Shown here: positions 26,158 to 38,995 of the stretch, one piece after another
Layout of the letters: each line of letters opens with the position of its first letter
Position numbering within the stretch: the stretch's first letter is position 1
DNA from: Scyliorhinus canicula
Taxonomy: Eukaryota
DNA length: 64,000 nt
NCBI RefSeq assembly: GCF_902713615.1
Contig: NC_052150.1
Location: 188,598,117 to 188,662,116 of the forward strand
Direction: 5' to 3'
The notes under the pieces: model-generated
Told to the model about the DNA's origin: nothing
The model's database searches: none
What the model saw: only the letters and a program-made list of their open reading frames with translations
Translations under genes and position numbers: made by a program

Positions 26158-27071
26158 CTAACCTATCCCTCTCAGCCCGTTCCACCTTTTCTCTGTGGGC
26201 CTGTATCGAGATTAATTCCCGTCTGACCACTGCCTTCAAAGCTTCGTCGCTGCAGAGACCTCCCCTGTATTATTTGTTTCCAGGTAGTTCTGGATGGAAT
26301 TGTTCACCCGCCCACAGATTGCTTCATCTGCTCACAACCTCACATACAGTCTCCACAGCGGACATTGCCCTCTCTCCACACTAACCCGTAGATCCACCCA
26401 ATGTGGGGCATGATCCGACACTGCGATTGCCGAGTACTCAGTATCGACCACCGCCGGTATTAGCGCCCTGCTCAAAACAAAAAAGTCAATGCGAGAGTAT
26501 ACCTTGTGGACTGGGGAGAAAAAAAAAAGAATACTCCTTTGCCGTGCAAACCTCGATCTCTCCTCTCTCTCCCCTCCCCCCCCCCCCACATCTGTTCCAT
26601 AAACCCCTTCAATTCCTTTGCCGCAGCCGGCTTCCTCCCTGTCCTGGATTTTGACCCGTCCAATTACGGATCAATGTTAAAATCTCCTCCCATAATCAAG
26701 TTATGTGACTAAATCTGGGATCTTATCTAACACCCGCCTCAAATTCCATGTCATCCCATGTCATCCCCCCCCCCCCCCCCGGGCCGGGCCCGGTCTTTGA
26801 GTCCAGCCCTGAGTGGAACACTTGGCCAACCCACCCCTTTCTCAATCTTGTCTGGTCTGTAACCTTTCGGGGTGTCTCTTGTAGCATTGCCACGTCCGCC
26901 TTCAGCCCCTTCAAATGCGCGAGCACGCAAGAACTCTTGACCAGCCCATTCAACCCTCAGCCTGGTTGGGGGGGGGGGGGGGGGGGGGGGGGCTCTCTCT
27001 TCTCCTCCTCCTCCTCGGGCATGCGCCATTCCCGACCTCCCATTTGTCCCCTAGTAACATTCTTCCCCTGT

Positions 27072-27202
27072 CACATTCTCTCCGTGTTTGCGTGGGTTTC
27101 ACCCCCACAACCCAAAGATATGCAGGTTAGGTGGATTGGCCATGGTAAATTGGCCCTTAATTGGAAAAAAATATTGGGACACTAAATTGATTTTTTTTTA
27201 AA
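27072..27202 (+). mobile_element. V-SINE A-rich-tail subtype, 3' half
   Basis: cacattctctccgtgtttgcgtgggtttcacccccacaacccaaagat...ttggaaaaaa. Confidence 0.8.
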
Positions 27203-27394
27203 TGGGGGAGGACTGAGGCAAAATACAAGAACACACTAAAATAGGATTCACAGTATAGACAGAGAAGGTATTTCCACTTATGGGAGAGTCCAAAACGTGT
27301 GGTTATAAATATAAGACAGTTAATAGAACTAATAAAGAATCCAGAAGACACTCTTCGCTCAAGAGCGGTGAGACATGGAACTCTCTACTGTTTT

Positions 27395-27612
27395 CCCAGT
27401 GTCTGCTTGGGTTTCCTCCGGGTGCTCCGGTTTCCTCCCACAGTCCAAAGAAGCGTAGGTTAGGTGGACTGGCCATGATAAATTACCCTTAGTGACCAAA
27501 AGAGGTCAGGAGGGTTTATTGGGTTACGGGGATAGGGTGGAAGTGAGGGCTTAAGTGGGTCAGTGCAGACTTGATGGGCTGAATGGCCTCCTTCTGCACG
27601 GCATGTTCTATC
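27395..27612 (+). mobile_element. HE1-type V-SINE 3' part within an old CR1 3' end (about 27240-27790)
   Basis: gggtttcctccgggtgctccggtttcctcccacagtccaaag...gggctgaatggcctccttctgcac. Confidence 0.8.
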
Positions 27613-28059
27613 ATGAAGTGATTGAGGTTAATAGCAGAGATCCATTAATGGGAAACTAGAAAAGTACGTTAGAGATCAAGGAATAGAAAGGCAGGTTGAT
27701 AAGGTGAGATGAAGCAGATAAAAGTGGGAGGAGACGTGTGTGGAGCAGATATGTCAGCTGAATGACCGGTTCTTGTGCTGTATATTTTGTGCAACTCCTA
27801 GCATAATGAACTAGTCACAAAATACGGCATTTCATTGGACTAATCAACAGGCATTCAATACATGCACCACATGAAAAAATATTTTAACAGGGCAATATCT
27901 AGAAGATATTTCTATGGTACATGAATGCTAAAAATAAAAATTTAATATTTTTCCACTGGGAAAAGTATTTCCAAAAATTAGATTCAAGCTAAACATTAGT
28001 GCTTCAAATCATTGAAGACTAATGACTTCTAAAAGGATGTAATTTTTGCAATAGCAGGC

Positions 28060-29880
28060 GAATAAATGCTTGGGAGCTCCTGCCAGAGTTGTCTTTTTTA
28101 GGGGAAGGTCGGAGGCAGTTCAATGATGTCAAAAACCGAAAAAAGAACCCAGGGAAAAAGGGAGTGAGCAAAAGTCCACATTCAAACATGGTGAGGAGTT
28201 CAGCAGGAGAAAAGGTGGTGGGAGGGAGCTTGCCAGGTTGGGACCGCACCCACAGTGGAAAAGTTAGCTGAAGTGATGACTGGATTTGGATTTTTTTTAT
28301 TGTCACCGAGGTACAGTGAAAAGTATTTTTCTGCAAGCAGCTCAACAGATCATTAAGCACACGAAAATAAAATACATAATAGGGCAACACTAGAACACTG
28401 ACATTGGGTGAAGCATACAGGGGCAGAGTGTTAATCAGGTCAGTCCATAAGAGGGTCATTTAAGAGTCTGGTAAAAGTGGAGAAGAATCTGTTTTTGTGT
28501 CTGTTCGTGAGTGTTCTCAGACTTTTATATCTCCTGCCTGATGGAAGAAGTTGGAAGAGTGAGTAAGCCAGGTGGAAAGGGTCTTTGATTATGCTGCCTG
28601 CTTTCCCCAGGCAGCGGGAGGTGTAGATCGAGTCAATGGATGAGAGGCAGGTTCGTGTGATGGACTGGTTGTGTTCACAACTCTCTGACTAGGAAGTTTG
28701 AGCAACTGTTCTCAAAGCATTTCGAAAGGTATCGGACAGAGATGAATAACTTGCTTAGGGAGTGTGTGGGTAAAACCCTTGACCCGATGAGAGGGGTGTT
28801 GGCAAAGACTGAGGCATTGTCGCAGAATAGTGACCAGTTCACCTCGATAGGGGAGGGTGACGGAAATCAACAGAGGGCTGAGAGCCAAAGTAGAGGACCT
28901 GGCGAACAGGTTGCAAAGGCAGAACTTGAGGATTGTGGGTGTGCCTGAGGGGCTAGAGGGCCAGAGGCCTACAGAGTACTTTGCTGAGATGCTTGCAAAT
29001 TGATGGGGGAGGGGAAGGCCCCCTCCCACTACAGATTGGACAGGGTCCACCGGTGACTCCGGCTGAAACTAAAAAACAAATGAACCGTGATGGTCTGCTT
29101 TTACAATTTTCAGGTAACGGAGGTGCTGAGGTGGGCGAAGCCGAAGCGGGAGGTGGATGGCACGGTAACGGTAAGTATATACCAGGATCTTATGACGGAG
29201 CTGGCAAGACGATGGTCAGGCTAAGGTGGCATTGTACAAGTGCAACGTGCGGTTTGGTGTGGTCTACCCGGTGAAGCTAAGGGTCACGCATAATGGCAGG
29301 GGCGACTACTTTGAGACGGTGGCGGAGGCGATAGTGAGGGCAGAAGGCCTGGGACAGAGTTTGGACTTCAATAGTTTGTGGCCAGCTTTTTCCTTTACGT
29401 TGTTTGTTTAACTTTTTGGCTGTTTATCGTTAACAGTTTTGTGTAAGAAATGTTTGGGCTGGTGTGGGGAGTACGGTTGGGATTTGTGGTTTGTAGGGTT
29501 TGGGCACTCGTTGTGTTGCGAGCGAGTGGGTGTGGGGGGCTTTGGAATTGGTGTGTTTTTTCAATGTGGGGGAGGGGGCTCTGGCAGGGGCCACCGCGCT
29601 AGTAAATGCAATGTTGGCTCGTGAACGGATGTGAGGTGTAGGAGGGGCCTGTCATTGGAACCTGTATGGGCAGGAATCTAAAGGCTTGGGAGGTGTTTTC
29701 AAGAGGAAGTGGTTGGAGAGATTCTGTGAGGAGTGGGGAGGGATAGAGAACCAGGGCTAGGTCTAGTGTCAGGCAGGGCCTTGAGGGGGGGCTGTCATTC
29801 CAGGTAGTGAGGAGTGAGGGATGGGGAGAACGAGAGAAGGAGGGGAGAAAGTAACGAGAGTGGGGAGGAGAGGGATGGAA
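28060..29880 (+). mobile_element. Degraded L1/HAL1-like 5' UTR, ORF1 and G-rich downstream region, no ORF2 seen
   Basis: RQNLRIVGVPEG, YQDL, FGVVYPVKLRVT motifs across frames. Confidence 0.7.
28280..28690 (-). mobile_element. Rex1/Babar-type LINE 3' end nested in ORF1
   Basis: Minus-strand LPSGRRYKSLRT-like C-terminus; ttttcactgtacctcggtgacaataa...(aaatcc)n tail. Confidence 0.65.
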
Positions 29881-30475
29881 CGGGAGAAATTTCAGCGCAG
29901 TCTCTTATTCCTGACATTTATCTACAGCCCTGAGTGTAAGTGTACATGTCTAGCTTCTGGGGATTGTACACGATTTGACTAGCTATAATGGTTACCATAG
30001 CCAACCATTCAGAGAGAAAGGCTCATACACTTCAAATACTGATACGTACAGAAGGTAACAGAGGATGACAGATTCTCACAGAAAACATAACTTAGCAAAC
30101 AGCCAACACTTTCAGGAAAGGAAGATATAAAAGGGAGTTTCAAATGGAAATCCTGCGAGTAAAATTAGTGTGCCTACTTTTACAATTCAATTGCAAGTTA
30201 ATATATAAATCAAGTTATTTTCAGGTTTTCAAAGAAATCTGGGAAAGTTCTTCATTAACTATCATATTTGCTTTAAAAGGAATTGTAAGAAGATGAACAA
30301 CAAAATAGAATAAGTTTGGCAAAGCATACAATACCTGCAAATTCAAATGATGGTAAATGCCACAAGGAACTAATCTAGCAGGAATACAGGACACTTCTTT
30401 CTAACAGCACATGACTCCTCTAGGAGACCACACGACACAACATTTGTAATAGTTCCTAAAATACAGTTTACATAC

Positions 30476-30621
30476 CTCTGACCAAACATCAATGTCGTTT
30501 TAGTCTCTGCTTCATTGTAGGACGATGGAGAGCAGCAAATAACTATTGTAGTCCTGCAGTTACCACCCAGAGAATCCTGTAAAATTCTGGTCATTTTGCT
30601 GTCACGGTATGGTATATATGT
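30476..30621 (-). CDS. KIF5B: KIF5B exon 10 ([49 protein letters not shown]), 146 nt
   Basis: tag acceptor, gtatgt donor. Confidence 0.98.
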
Positions 30622-31333
30622 CTAAAAGAATAACCAAGGTTTTAAAAGCATTCTTTATGTCCAAACCTATCAACCTTTGTATGCATGTGAGCCTATTTTT
30701 TGACTGCAATTGGAATTGGTATAGCACTTGTCATTGAAAAAATCCTATGGCACTTCGTAGAGAAGAAACAAAAAAATGCAACACATTTCAGCCTTTGAGA
30801 GGCAGTGGGCAAGGTGATTCAGTTGGCAAATTGAGTTTTCTGGAAACCTTTATGGGGGAGTAGTTGCCTACAGTGAAAGGAACTGTGGTTAGAGGAAGTG
30901 GCAGCACAGGGATGCAAGGCCGCAGGATGTTACACTGACTCAGCAAGGAAGGCTAGAGGGATTTGTAAATAAGGATCTTAAATTTGATGCAAAAGTTAAA
31001 GCTGGGAACCTGCTACAATCTATTAGCTTAATGATTTCAAATTGTCAATAACTCAAGACAACCAGCAGTCAGATTATTAAAAAAACATACAATAAAAGAC
31101 ATTTTATAAGGTACAGATAGTTTAATGTGCTTTGTTGATTCTCCTCCATATATTGCGTGTTCTATGGAATTCTCTTGCATTTAAATTTCCTCTGAATAAA
31201 AATAAATGGAAATACAACTGAAAAGTCTCAAATTGGTGGATTGATTCTATGTCATCTTGGTAAAATTTCAAAGACATGTACAGAAAAATCTTGATCTGTT
31301 AAGATTGACACAAATACTATGTTTAATACTCAC

Positions 31334-31438
31334 GCTCGATTCTGCTAGAGAAGCAATGACATTCCCCAGTGCTGACAAAGACTTGTTGATATTCTTGGCT
31401 TCATCTAATACAGCCCCTTCTGCTCCAGTTTTACTGAC
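31334..31438 (-). CDS. KIF5B: KIF5B exon 9 ([35 protein letters not shown]), 105 nt
   Basis: aag acceptor, gtgagt donor; loop 11/helix alpha4. Confidence 0.96.
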
Positions 31439-32529
31439 CTTAATGAATTTTCAACAGAAGAAACAAACATATCATAGCATTACTACAACAATCTCCAGAC
31501 TTTAATAGTACAATTTCCCCTTTCTTTCACATTTCTTACTGCGATACACAAACCAGAATGGAAGGTCAGACCAGATAGATTATGTTATAAATACCACCTA
31601 GAAGCATAAAATCAGAGTAGAGTAAATCCCTGCAGTTCAATGTGGTAATGGTGCTTTCACATTGCTGTAGCTGTTTTGATACATGTAAATAGCTTGCTAG
31701 GCCATTTTAGAAGACTGCAAAGGATCAATCACAGCATGGGACTGGAGTTACAAATGGGCCTGACCAGGTAAGAAGAGCAAGGTTTCTTCCGTAAAAGGAC
31801 ATTCAGTGAAAAAGCTGGGGCTTTTAAAAACAATCTAATTGCTGTAGAGATGACCACAAAGCTATCAGCTTTTATTTTCCAGATTTTAACCAAATTCAAA
31901 TTCTTTAAACTTGAATTCTGAATTCAGTCCAGGCCATTGAAATACATTGTGAAAGTCACATATCTATTACAAGAAATATGGCTGTGGCATGCCAACATTT
32001 CTTTCTGAATGGAGTTAATAAATCTATGACTCAAGTTTCCAAAAGGACAACAGCTCTCAATAATCAGTGCCAGGAACTGCATTATGATGGAAATTCACTT
32101 TAGTTACAAGCTTTGGGAGACTGTGTTTACTAATTTTGTTTAATTTTTATTTAGAGGGCAACAATAAATGAATTAACCAACTTGCTGTCCTGTCCTAGCT
32201 TTGTGTCACAGTTCTGCTACGATGTTTGCCAATCTGATTTCAGGGCCCAAACTGAACTATCTTGCGCTTTTCAAAAGTATGTTAACTTAAAAAAAATATT
32301 CTCGGGATGTGGGCCTCGCTGGTTGGCCAACATTTATTGTTCATCCCCAATTGCCCTCGAGAGATGGTAGTGGGTCACTTTTTTCATATAGAGCTGAATG
32401 GGTAGCTAGGTCATTTAGGGGCAGTTAAGAGTCAACCACATTTCTGGTGGGTCTGGAGTTACACATAGACATGTTTCGGCAAGGACTAAAAGATTACTTT
32501 CCCTTAAGCACACTGGTGAATAAGTGAAA

Positions 32530-32720
32530 ATGTATTTTTTCCAATGAAGGAGCAATTTAGCGTGGTCAACCCACCTGCCCTACACATCTTTGGATTGTGG
32601 GGGTGAGATCCATGCAAACACGGGGAGAATGTACAAACTCCAAACGGTCAGTGACTCGGGGCCAGGATCGAACCTGGGTCCATGGTGCGGAGAGGCAGCA
32701 GTGCAAACCACTGTCTCACC
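32530..32720 (-). mobile_element. V-SINE A-rich-tail subtype (older copy)
   Basis: Family similarity. Confidence 0.75.
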
Positions 32721-32959
32721 CGAATAAGTACAAATCTATTAAAACCTATTGTAGAATTCCATTGCCTACATCATGTCCTTTCAAAACTGAATCAATTAAT
32801 TTGCCAAAGTCAGTGTTTCCATTTGGTACACAAACATCTTCCACTTGATTGCTTCTGCTTCATTACCTTCTTGGATGCTTAGGGCTCCCAACAGCATGTT
32901 GTATTCAACATGACTTAGCATTAATTAGCTTTGCTGCTCTTGTATTCTTTTCAATCTTA

Positions 32960-33650
32960 CAAATATGAATTAGGAGGAGTAAGCCACTTGACCCCTCGAG
33001 TCTGCTTTGCCATTCAACACAATCATGGCTGATCTGACTGTGTCCCCCGACTCCACATTCCCACCTACCCCTGATAAACCTGGACATCCTTGTTAGTCAA
33101 GAATCTACTTACCTCTGCCTTAAAAACATGCAATGATTCTGCCTTCACCCGTTCTCTGGGGAAGAGCGATTTCAAGACCAATGACTCTGATCGAAAAAAT
33201 GTCTAATCTCCATCTTAAATGGGATACTCTATTTTTAAATTGCGTCCCTGGGAAACTCCTTTCAGCATCCACCCTGTCTAGTCTGCTCAGGATCTTATGT
33301 TTCAATGAATTCACCTCACTCTTCTACCCAATGGATACAGACCCAGTCTGTTCATCCTTTCCTAAGATAACACCCCGACCCCCAATCCCAATTATCAGTC
33401 GCGTGAACCTTCTCTGAATTCCTTCAAAAGCCTTTATAGCCTTTCTTAGATGACAGTAAAATTATATATGGTACTCCAGAAGTGTCTTGCCAAAGCCCTG
33501 TACAACTGTAGCAAAACATCCCTACTTTTATATTTCATCCCCCTCAATGACAACATTGCATTTGCCTTCCGAATCAGTTGCTCTAACTTTTTGTGATTCA
33601 TGTACCAAGACATCCAGATCCCTCTGTACCTCAAAGTTTGCAATCTCTGC
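32960..33650 (-). mobile_element. Old CR1 3' fragment directly downstream of exon 8
   Basis: [33 protein letters not shown]. Confidence 0.75.
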
Positions 33651-33689
33651 ATTTAAAGTACAGCACTGTAAAAGGACATTCAGTCTTAC

Positions 33690-33814
33690 CTTCTCACTAC
33701 CTGCCAAGTCAACCAGATAAAGTTTGCCACTTAGCTTCTGCTCTGTTGCAGTGTTTTCTTGTTTGACATTAATAAGAAAGATACTGTGGCTACGTGAGCT
33801 GTGTTCATTCATAT
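33690..33814 (-). CDS. KIF5B: KIF5B exon 8 ([42 protein letters not shown]; switch I/II), 125 nt
   Basis: cag acceptor, gtaaga donor; SSRSH and DLAGSE. Confidence 0.98.
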
Positions 33815-34839
33815 CTGAAACAGATAGAGGTTGCTGATTAAAAATGTGCATTTTGTCCAGTCTCTAATGCAAAAATTACAGGGTAGCCTAGTTTCATTTC
33901 CTCATTTGGGTCTCCTATTTTTCAAAGCTGTTGAGTAAGTGAACAGTTATAATCAAAGGTTGATTTTCTTTTGGCATGGTGTCATCTTTTAAGTTTATAA
34001 GCTTCAGATGATGCACGATACAGAGATCATTAGAAAGTGGACTGAGAGGGAAAAAGAACACAGTACTCTTCAAGGCATTGCAGATGTAATTTTGTAAAAT
34101 AAGTAACTTCTATTTACAAATCTGCAGAGTTTTCATGCAGTCACAAATGAATCAGAGGGGGAAGTGATTTAAAATACCTGCAAAATTTAATAGAAGTTGG
34201 TTAAATTATCTGTGATAGAGAAATTTGAAGACGTATAGTACACACAAATTATGTTAGGCTTGGAGAGAATATCAAGCTAGTGAAAATTTATTTAGTTGTC
34301 ACACAGCATTACAAAAATGGTTTCCAGGTGCATTGATCAGGGCTAAAAATCAACTCCTTTAACTTTTTCAAAACTTGAATTTAACTACTGTACAAGTGGA
34401 GATCTGATAATTACTGTCTATTTTATTAGAACATAAAATTAGGAACAACAGTGAGCTATATATTGCCATTGCGCTACCAAGCAATAAGACTGTATGGAAT
34501 CTTCTACCTCAACTTAAATTTACTGGGCGATCCCCATATCCCTCTATTTCCTTAGTGCTTAAAAATGTACTGATCTCAGTCTTGAATATACTCAATGACT
34601 GAGCATCCACACTAAGTATAAAATTCATGGACAACGACACTCAGATCACACACAAACCAATATTCATAGATATAGATAGGGGGGGAAATTTGGAGTATAA
34701 CATGGTGAAATGTGAGGTTGGCCACTTTTGGTATGAAGAAGAATAGACACGCTGAATATTTAAATAGAGAGACTGCAAAACGCTGTAGTTCAGAGTGATC
34801 AGGGTGTCTTTGCACATGAATCACAAAAGGTTAGCATGC

Positions 34840-35390
34840 ACCTGCTTGCCGCAACCAACAAAAGTGGCAGCAGTGTGCACCATCAACAGGATGAAAATGA
34901 AAATCGCTTATTGTCACGAGTAGGCTTCAATGAAGTTACTGTGAAAAGCCCCTAGTCGCCATATTCCGGCGCCTGTCCGGGGAGGCTGGTACGGGAATCG
35001 AACCGTGCTGCTGGCCTGCTTGGTCTGCTTTAAAAGCCAGCGATTTAGCTCAGCGAGGATGCACTGCAGCATCTCAACAAGGCTCCTTCGATAGCACCTT
35101 CCAAACCTGTGATCAACCACCTAGAAGGGCATGGAACAGCAGACTCAATAGAATGCCACCACCTGCAAGTCCCCGCCAAGCCACATACCTGGAACTATGT
35201 TGCCGGTCCTTTACTGTTGCTGGATCAAAATTTTGGAACTACCTTCCTAACAGCTTTGCAAGTTTGCCAACGCCACAGACTGTAGCAGTTCACAGTGATA
35301 GCTCATTAGCACCATCTCAAGGGCAATAAGGGATGGGCAACAAATGCTGGCCTAGCCTGCAATGCCCACATCCCATGAAAAAAACTTTAA
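34840..35390 (+). mobile_element. 3' end of a second CR1/L2-group LINE family with a short tRNA SINE inserted (34892-35052, minus)
   Basis: Tail gggcaataagggatgggcaacaaatgctggcctagcc...cccacatcccatgaa shared with 44545 and 53700; SINE shares its tail with 58077 and 59732. Confidence 0.7.
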
Positions 35391-36711
35391 AAAAATCAGC
35401 CACTTCATCAGTTTACACATTTTACAGCTGCTTTGCATCCTTGCAGCTTACTTTTCTATCTAGTTTTGCATCGGCAGTAAAACTCGATATAACACACTCC
35501 GTCGCTTCACTTAAATCACTGGTATAGATTGTAAACAGTGGTTCAAACCTGCGCAATGCCTCTTGAAAATCTAAATATATTACATCCACTAGCTCCCATT
35601 ATCTACACTGGGAGTTTTGTTCAATTAAACTCATTTAGTGAACTTGGCCTTTATCACTCATAATTATCTGTGTGTCTAAAGTCAATTATTTGATAAACAA
35701 CCAAATTCTAATCTGTTCCATATATCCTGCTCTGTGGGCACCTTCATACATTAAATGAAACTTACTTCTTACACATTTATAATGAAACTTACACATAATC
35801 TACAGCAGAAATTCTGGTTTTGTTGGTCCCACGTAATTATTTTAGATGAAAAACCTAGAGATTGATACAAAGTGACTGCACTTCAATCAATGTTAAACAG
35901 GAATGACAGAACAGAGGCCACTTGACAGATCTGAACTGTGCTAATGCAAGCTTCACATTGTAGCTATGCATTAACACCAATTCCCAGCTCTTTTGTCTGT
36001 CCCTTGTATTCATAATAAGAATTCTAGTTTACATTTTCAACAACCATGTTCCACAATCTTTTGCACGAAAAATAAATTGTCTAATCTTTTCATGGCCTCC
36101 TTCTGCACTGTAAATTCTTTGATTTTACGTCTCGCACCAATTGTGATTTAACGCCTCTCCTTTGCAATGCATCAACCATTGAAATAATCCTTCCTTCCAC
36201 CTCAAAAAGGTAACAGGAGAAGTAAATTACCTGATTTATACTTTTAATAAACCTAGAGCTTAGAGGTCGGTTGAGCCAGATATTTAATTTTGTTGAAGAC
36301 TAAGGTATATAGAGCAAGGTGATCTCCTTAACCTAGCTAGCTACAGACCAACTCTTTTTACAATTGATATTTCACAATAAATGAAAGATGGGGGGGGGGG
36401 GGGGGGGGGGGGAGAAAGAGAAACGGTTCTTATTTCTTATCTAATTAAGTCAATCACCAAAAACAAGATGCAATGGTTCAAGGAGACCCCTCCTCTAAAT
36501 TATTTTTACATGACTGATAAGTCTTGAGCAAAACACACAAGTACAAAACTCCACTTGATCAAAACACACAAGTACAAAATACACTTGCAGCGCTAGTGAA
36601 GTTTTTTTAAACTTATTTGCCAAAATTAGTTCCACAAAACTGCAGATTTAAAATCAATCACAACCTTTCAACACTACAATGTTGCACATGTGATTGTTTG
36701 GTTCTAACTTA

Positions 36712-36819
<108 letters not shown>

Positions 36820-36909
36820 CTATGCCAGGAGAACAAAAAGAAACAAAGACGAGTCTTGCAAACAAAATATTATATGATGGGAAATGCATCTTTGGTACCT
36901 TTTACTCAC

Positions 36910-36965
36910 CTTCACATAAGGAACTCTATTTTTATCTTCATGGACAGAAAGATTAGTCTTGGACA
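36910..36965 (-). CDS. KIF5B: KIF5B exon 6 (VSKTNLSVHEDKNRVPYVK), 56 nt
   Basis: cag acceptor, gtgagt donor. Confidence 0.97.
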
Positions 36966-37049
36966 CTGCAAACATAAAGGAACAATGTTTTATCTCATAA
37001 TTCAATAGTTCCTGTAATTAAGGTTTCATCAAAATATAATATTCAACCA

Positions 37050-37430
37050 CATACTTAAATCCCTTTCTCTTTCATCTGGATTTGCTTTCCCCAAGTTTCT
37101 TCTTCGTGGAACATATTTTGACTGTATTCAAAATGCTCTTCGTTAAAGACAGCTCTTGTTCAATTAGTTTCACTTGCTAATCTTTTGATTCCAATTTCTG
37201 GGCCAGATCTGTTCTTACCCCCATTGAAGTTGGCTTTTCCCCAGTTAATGATTCTTATTCTAGATAGCTCCTTGCCCAATTCCATGATGCAACGTTCACA
37301 GCCACCTAAATGTTCCCCTACTGACACTTGATCCACTTGGCCCACCACATTCTCAAGAACCAGGTCCACCAATGCCTCCTTTTTTGTTGTACTGGAATGC
37401 TGTAGAAAATTCTCAACACTCTCTAGGAAT
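37050..37430 (-). mobile_element. CR1 endonuclease-region fragment
   Basis: VDLVLENVVGQVDQVSVGEHLG...INWGKANFN. Confidence 0.7.
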
Positions 37431-38354
37431 TCTGCCTCTGTCTCGGTCCTTCCGTTGTAAGATTTTGATAATTCTACTAATTTTTAGGGTTTGTTGTTAG
37501 TTTTCAACATCAACGTATTTACCAACATCAATGGATTTTACTCTTTAGCAACAGGTTAAATAGTTCAGTTTGAATTTCTGTTAGTGAGACAATTGGCAAT
37601 CAAGACAGGTGGGATTCATTACAGGATGACAGCTATTTGTTTGAAACTACACTCAGTTATGACTAAGTTAATTAAGAGCTTTTTTAAAAAATCATGAATG
37701 GCAGGAAAGTAGTTTGACCATCTTTAAACATAACCGATGCATTGATTTAATTGATTAACTATATATTTGTTGGGTAGAACATCTTTCTATATTAATATTC
37801 TGGTCGTAAATGTTCTTTACATTTGATTTTAAGGGTTTTATTATGTGTGAGACTTGGGTTACATTTCTTTTTGCAACTATTCTGCAACCAAAAGGTAATA
37901 TGTTATTTGTTCACAATGGAATGTCAACTCTGGAGACCAGGAGACAAGAGATTTACATGTCTCGTCAGAGATGACTTGCAGCCTAAGCCAATGGAAGAGG
38001 TGAATTTGGATTATTTCTAAATAGCAGATTCTGCAATAATGAGAAAGATAAAAGTTGGAAAAAAGTGGATTTTTATTGATGCCATGTTACTCTGGTTTCT
38101 AGAGTTTCTGGACACAGTTCAATGTCACTTCAAAGAGCAAGACGAGAAATACATCACTTTGGCTTGCAATGCTCGAGGACCCCTAGGAACTTGAGGGATG
38201 AGAAACTTCCATGTTGTCTTCACTGTTTTGTGTCAAGTCTACCTGTAGGCAAATCTTGCTTAATAAATTGTACTCGATTCATAATAACTAGTTATTTGTA
38301 CCTTATTAGATCAGGCACAACTGAGGACCCTAGTGTCAGAAATTAAGAATTCAG

Positions 38355-38995
38355 GCGGACTCCCGGTGACAGGGATGTGCTGAGTAGTCACACATCATCA
38401 GGTAGCTCTCCTCCGAAAAACTGAATAATAGGCACTTTTAGCCAAATTTAGCCCACAAAAAAAAAACGGACAACATCCCCTCACCCTTAATAACAAGAAA
38501 TATATTAAGGATGCCAGGAAGCAGCAGTTAAAGAGGCCGCAGAGACACCAAAAACTGTGGCAAGGGACAGGAGTAGCGAGCAGCAGACCCACAAGGTGAG
38601 GGCCCCCTGGTCACCCCAGAGAGGGGGAGACTGGCGACCTGAAAAACGAGCACCCACCACACCCCCGGCTAGGCGATGGATTGAAGACGTGCCTCACCAG
38701 GGAACTAAAGGAGTTGAGACACGATATTAAGGCTGAAATAAAGGCGACAGTCAAAGTGGCAGTGGCAGAGTGGGAAAGAGATTGGAGGCCCAACAGATTA
38801 CAATAAAGGAGCTGGAGAAAGCCTTGACGGACCAGAGCAACCAAATTGTCATCCTAGAGGCCAAATTAAGAGGTTGGTGGCAACCCAGAGGAGCCTGAAG
38901 CGAAATGCGGAGGACCAAGAAAATCGGTCAAGGCGGCAGAACATCATAATGGGCCTGCCAGAGGGAATCGAGGGCAGGTACCGACCAATTGCGTG
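38355..38995 (+). mobile_element. L1 5' UTR/ORF1 fragment
   Basis: Starts ggactcccggtg like other L1s here; ENRSRRQNIIMGLPEG. Confidence 0.75.

Larger units (their letters stand above)
22335..27060 (-). mobile_element. L1 ORF2 remnant in KIF5B-sense orientation, internally deleted, carrying nested SINE and CR1
   Basis: LQET, SRIDFF, SDHAP, GKAPGTDG, ISLLNVDAK, LIQFKVVHRAH, WQPF; AATAAA at 22352-22357 (minus) plus A tail. Confidence 0.9.
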
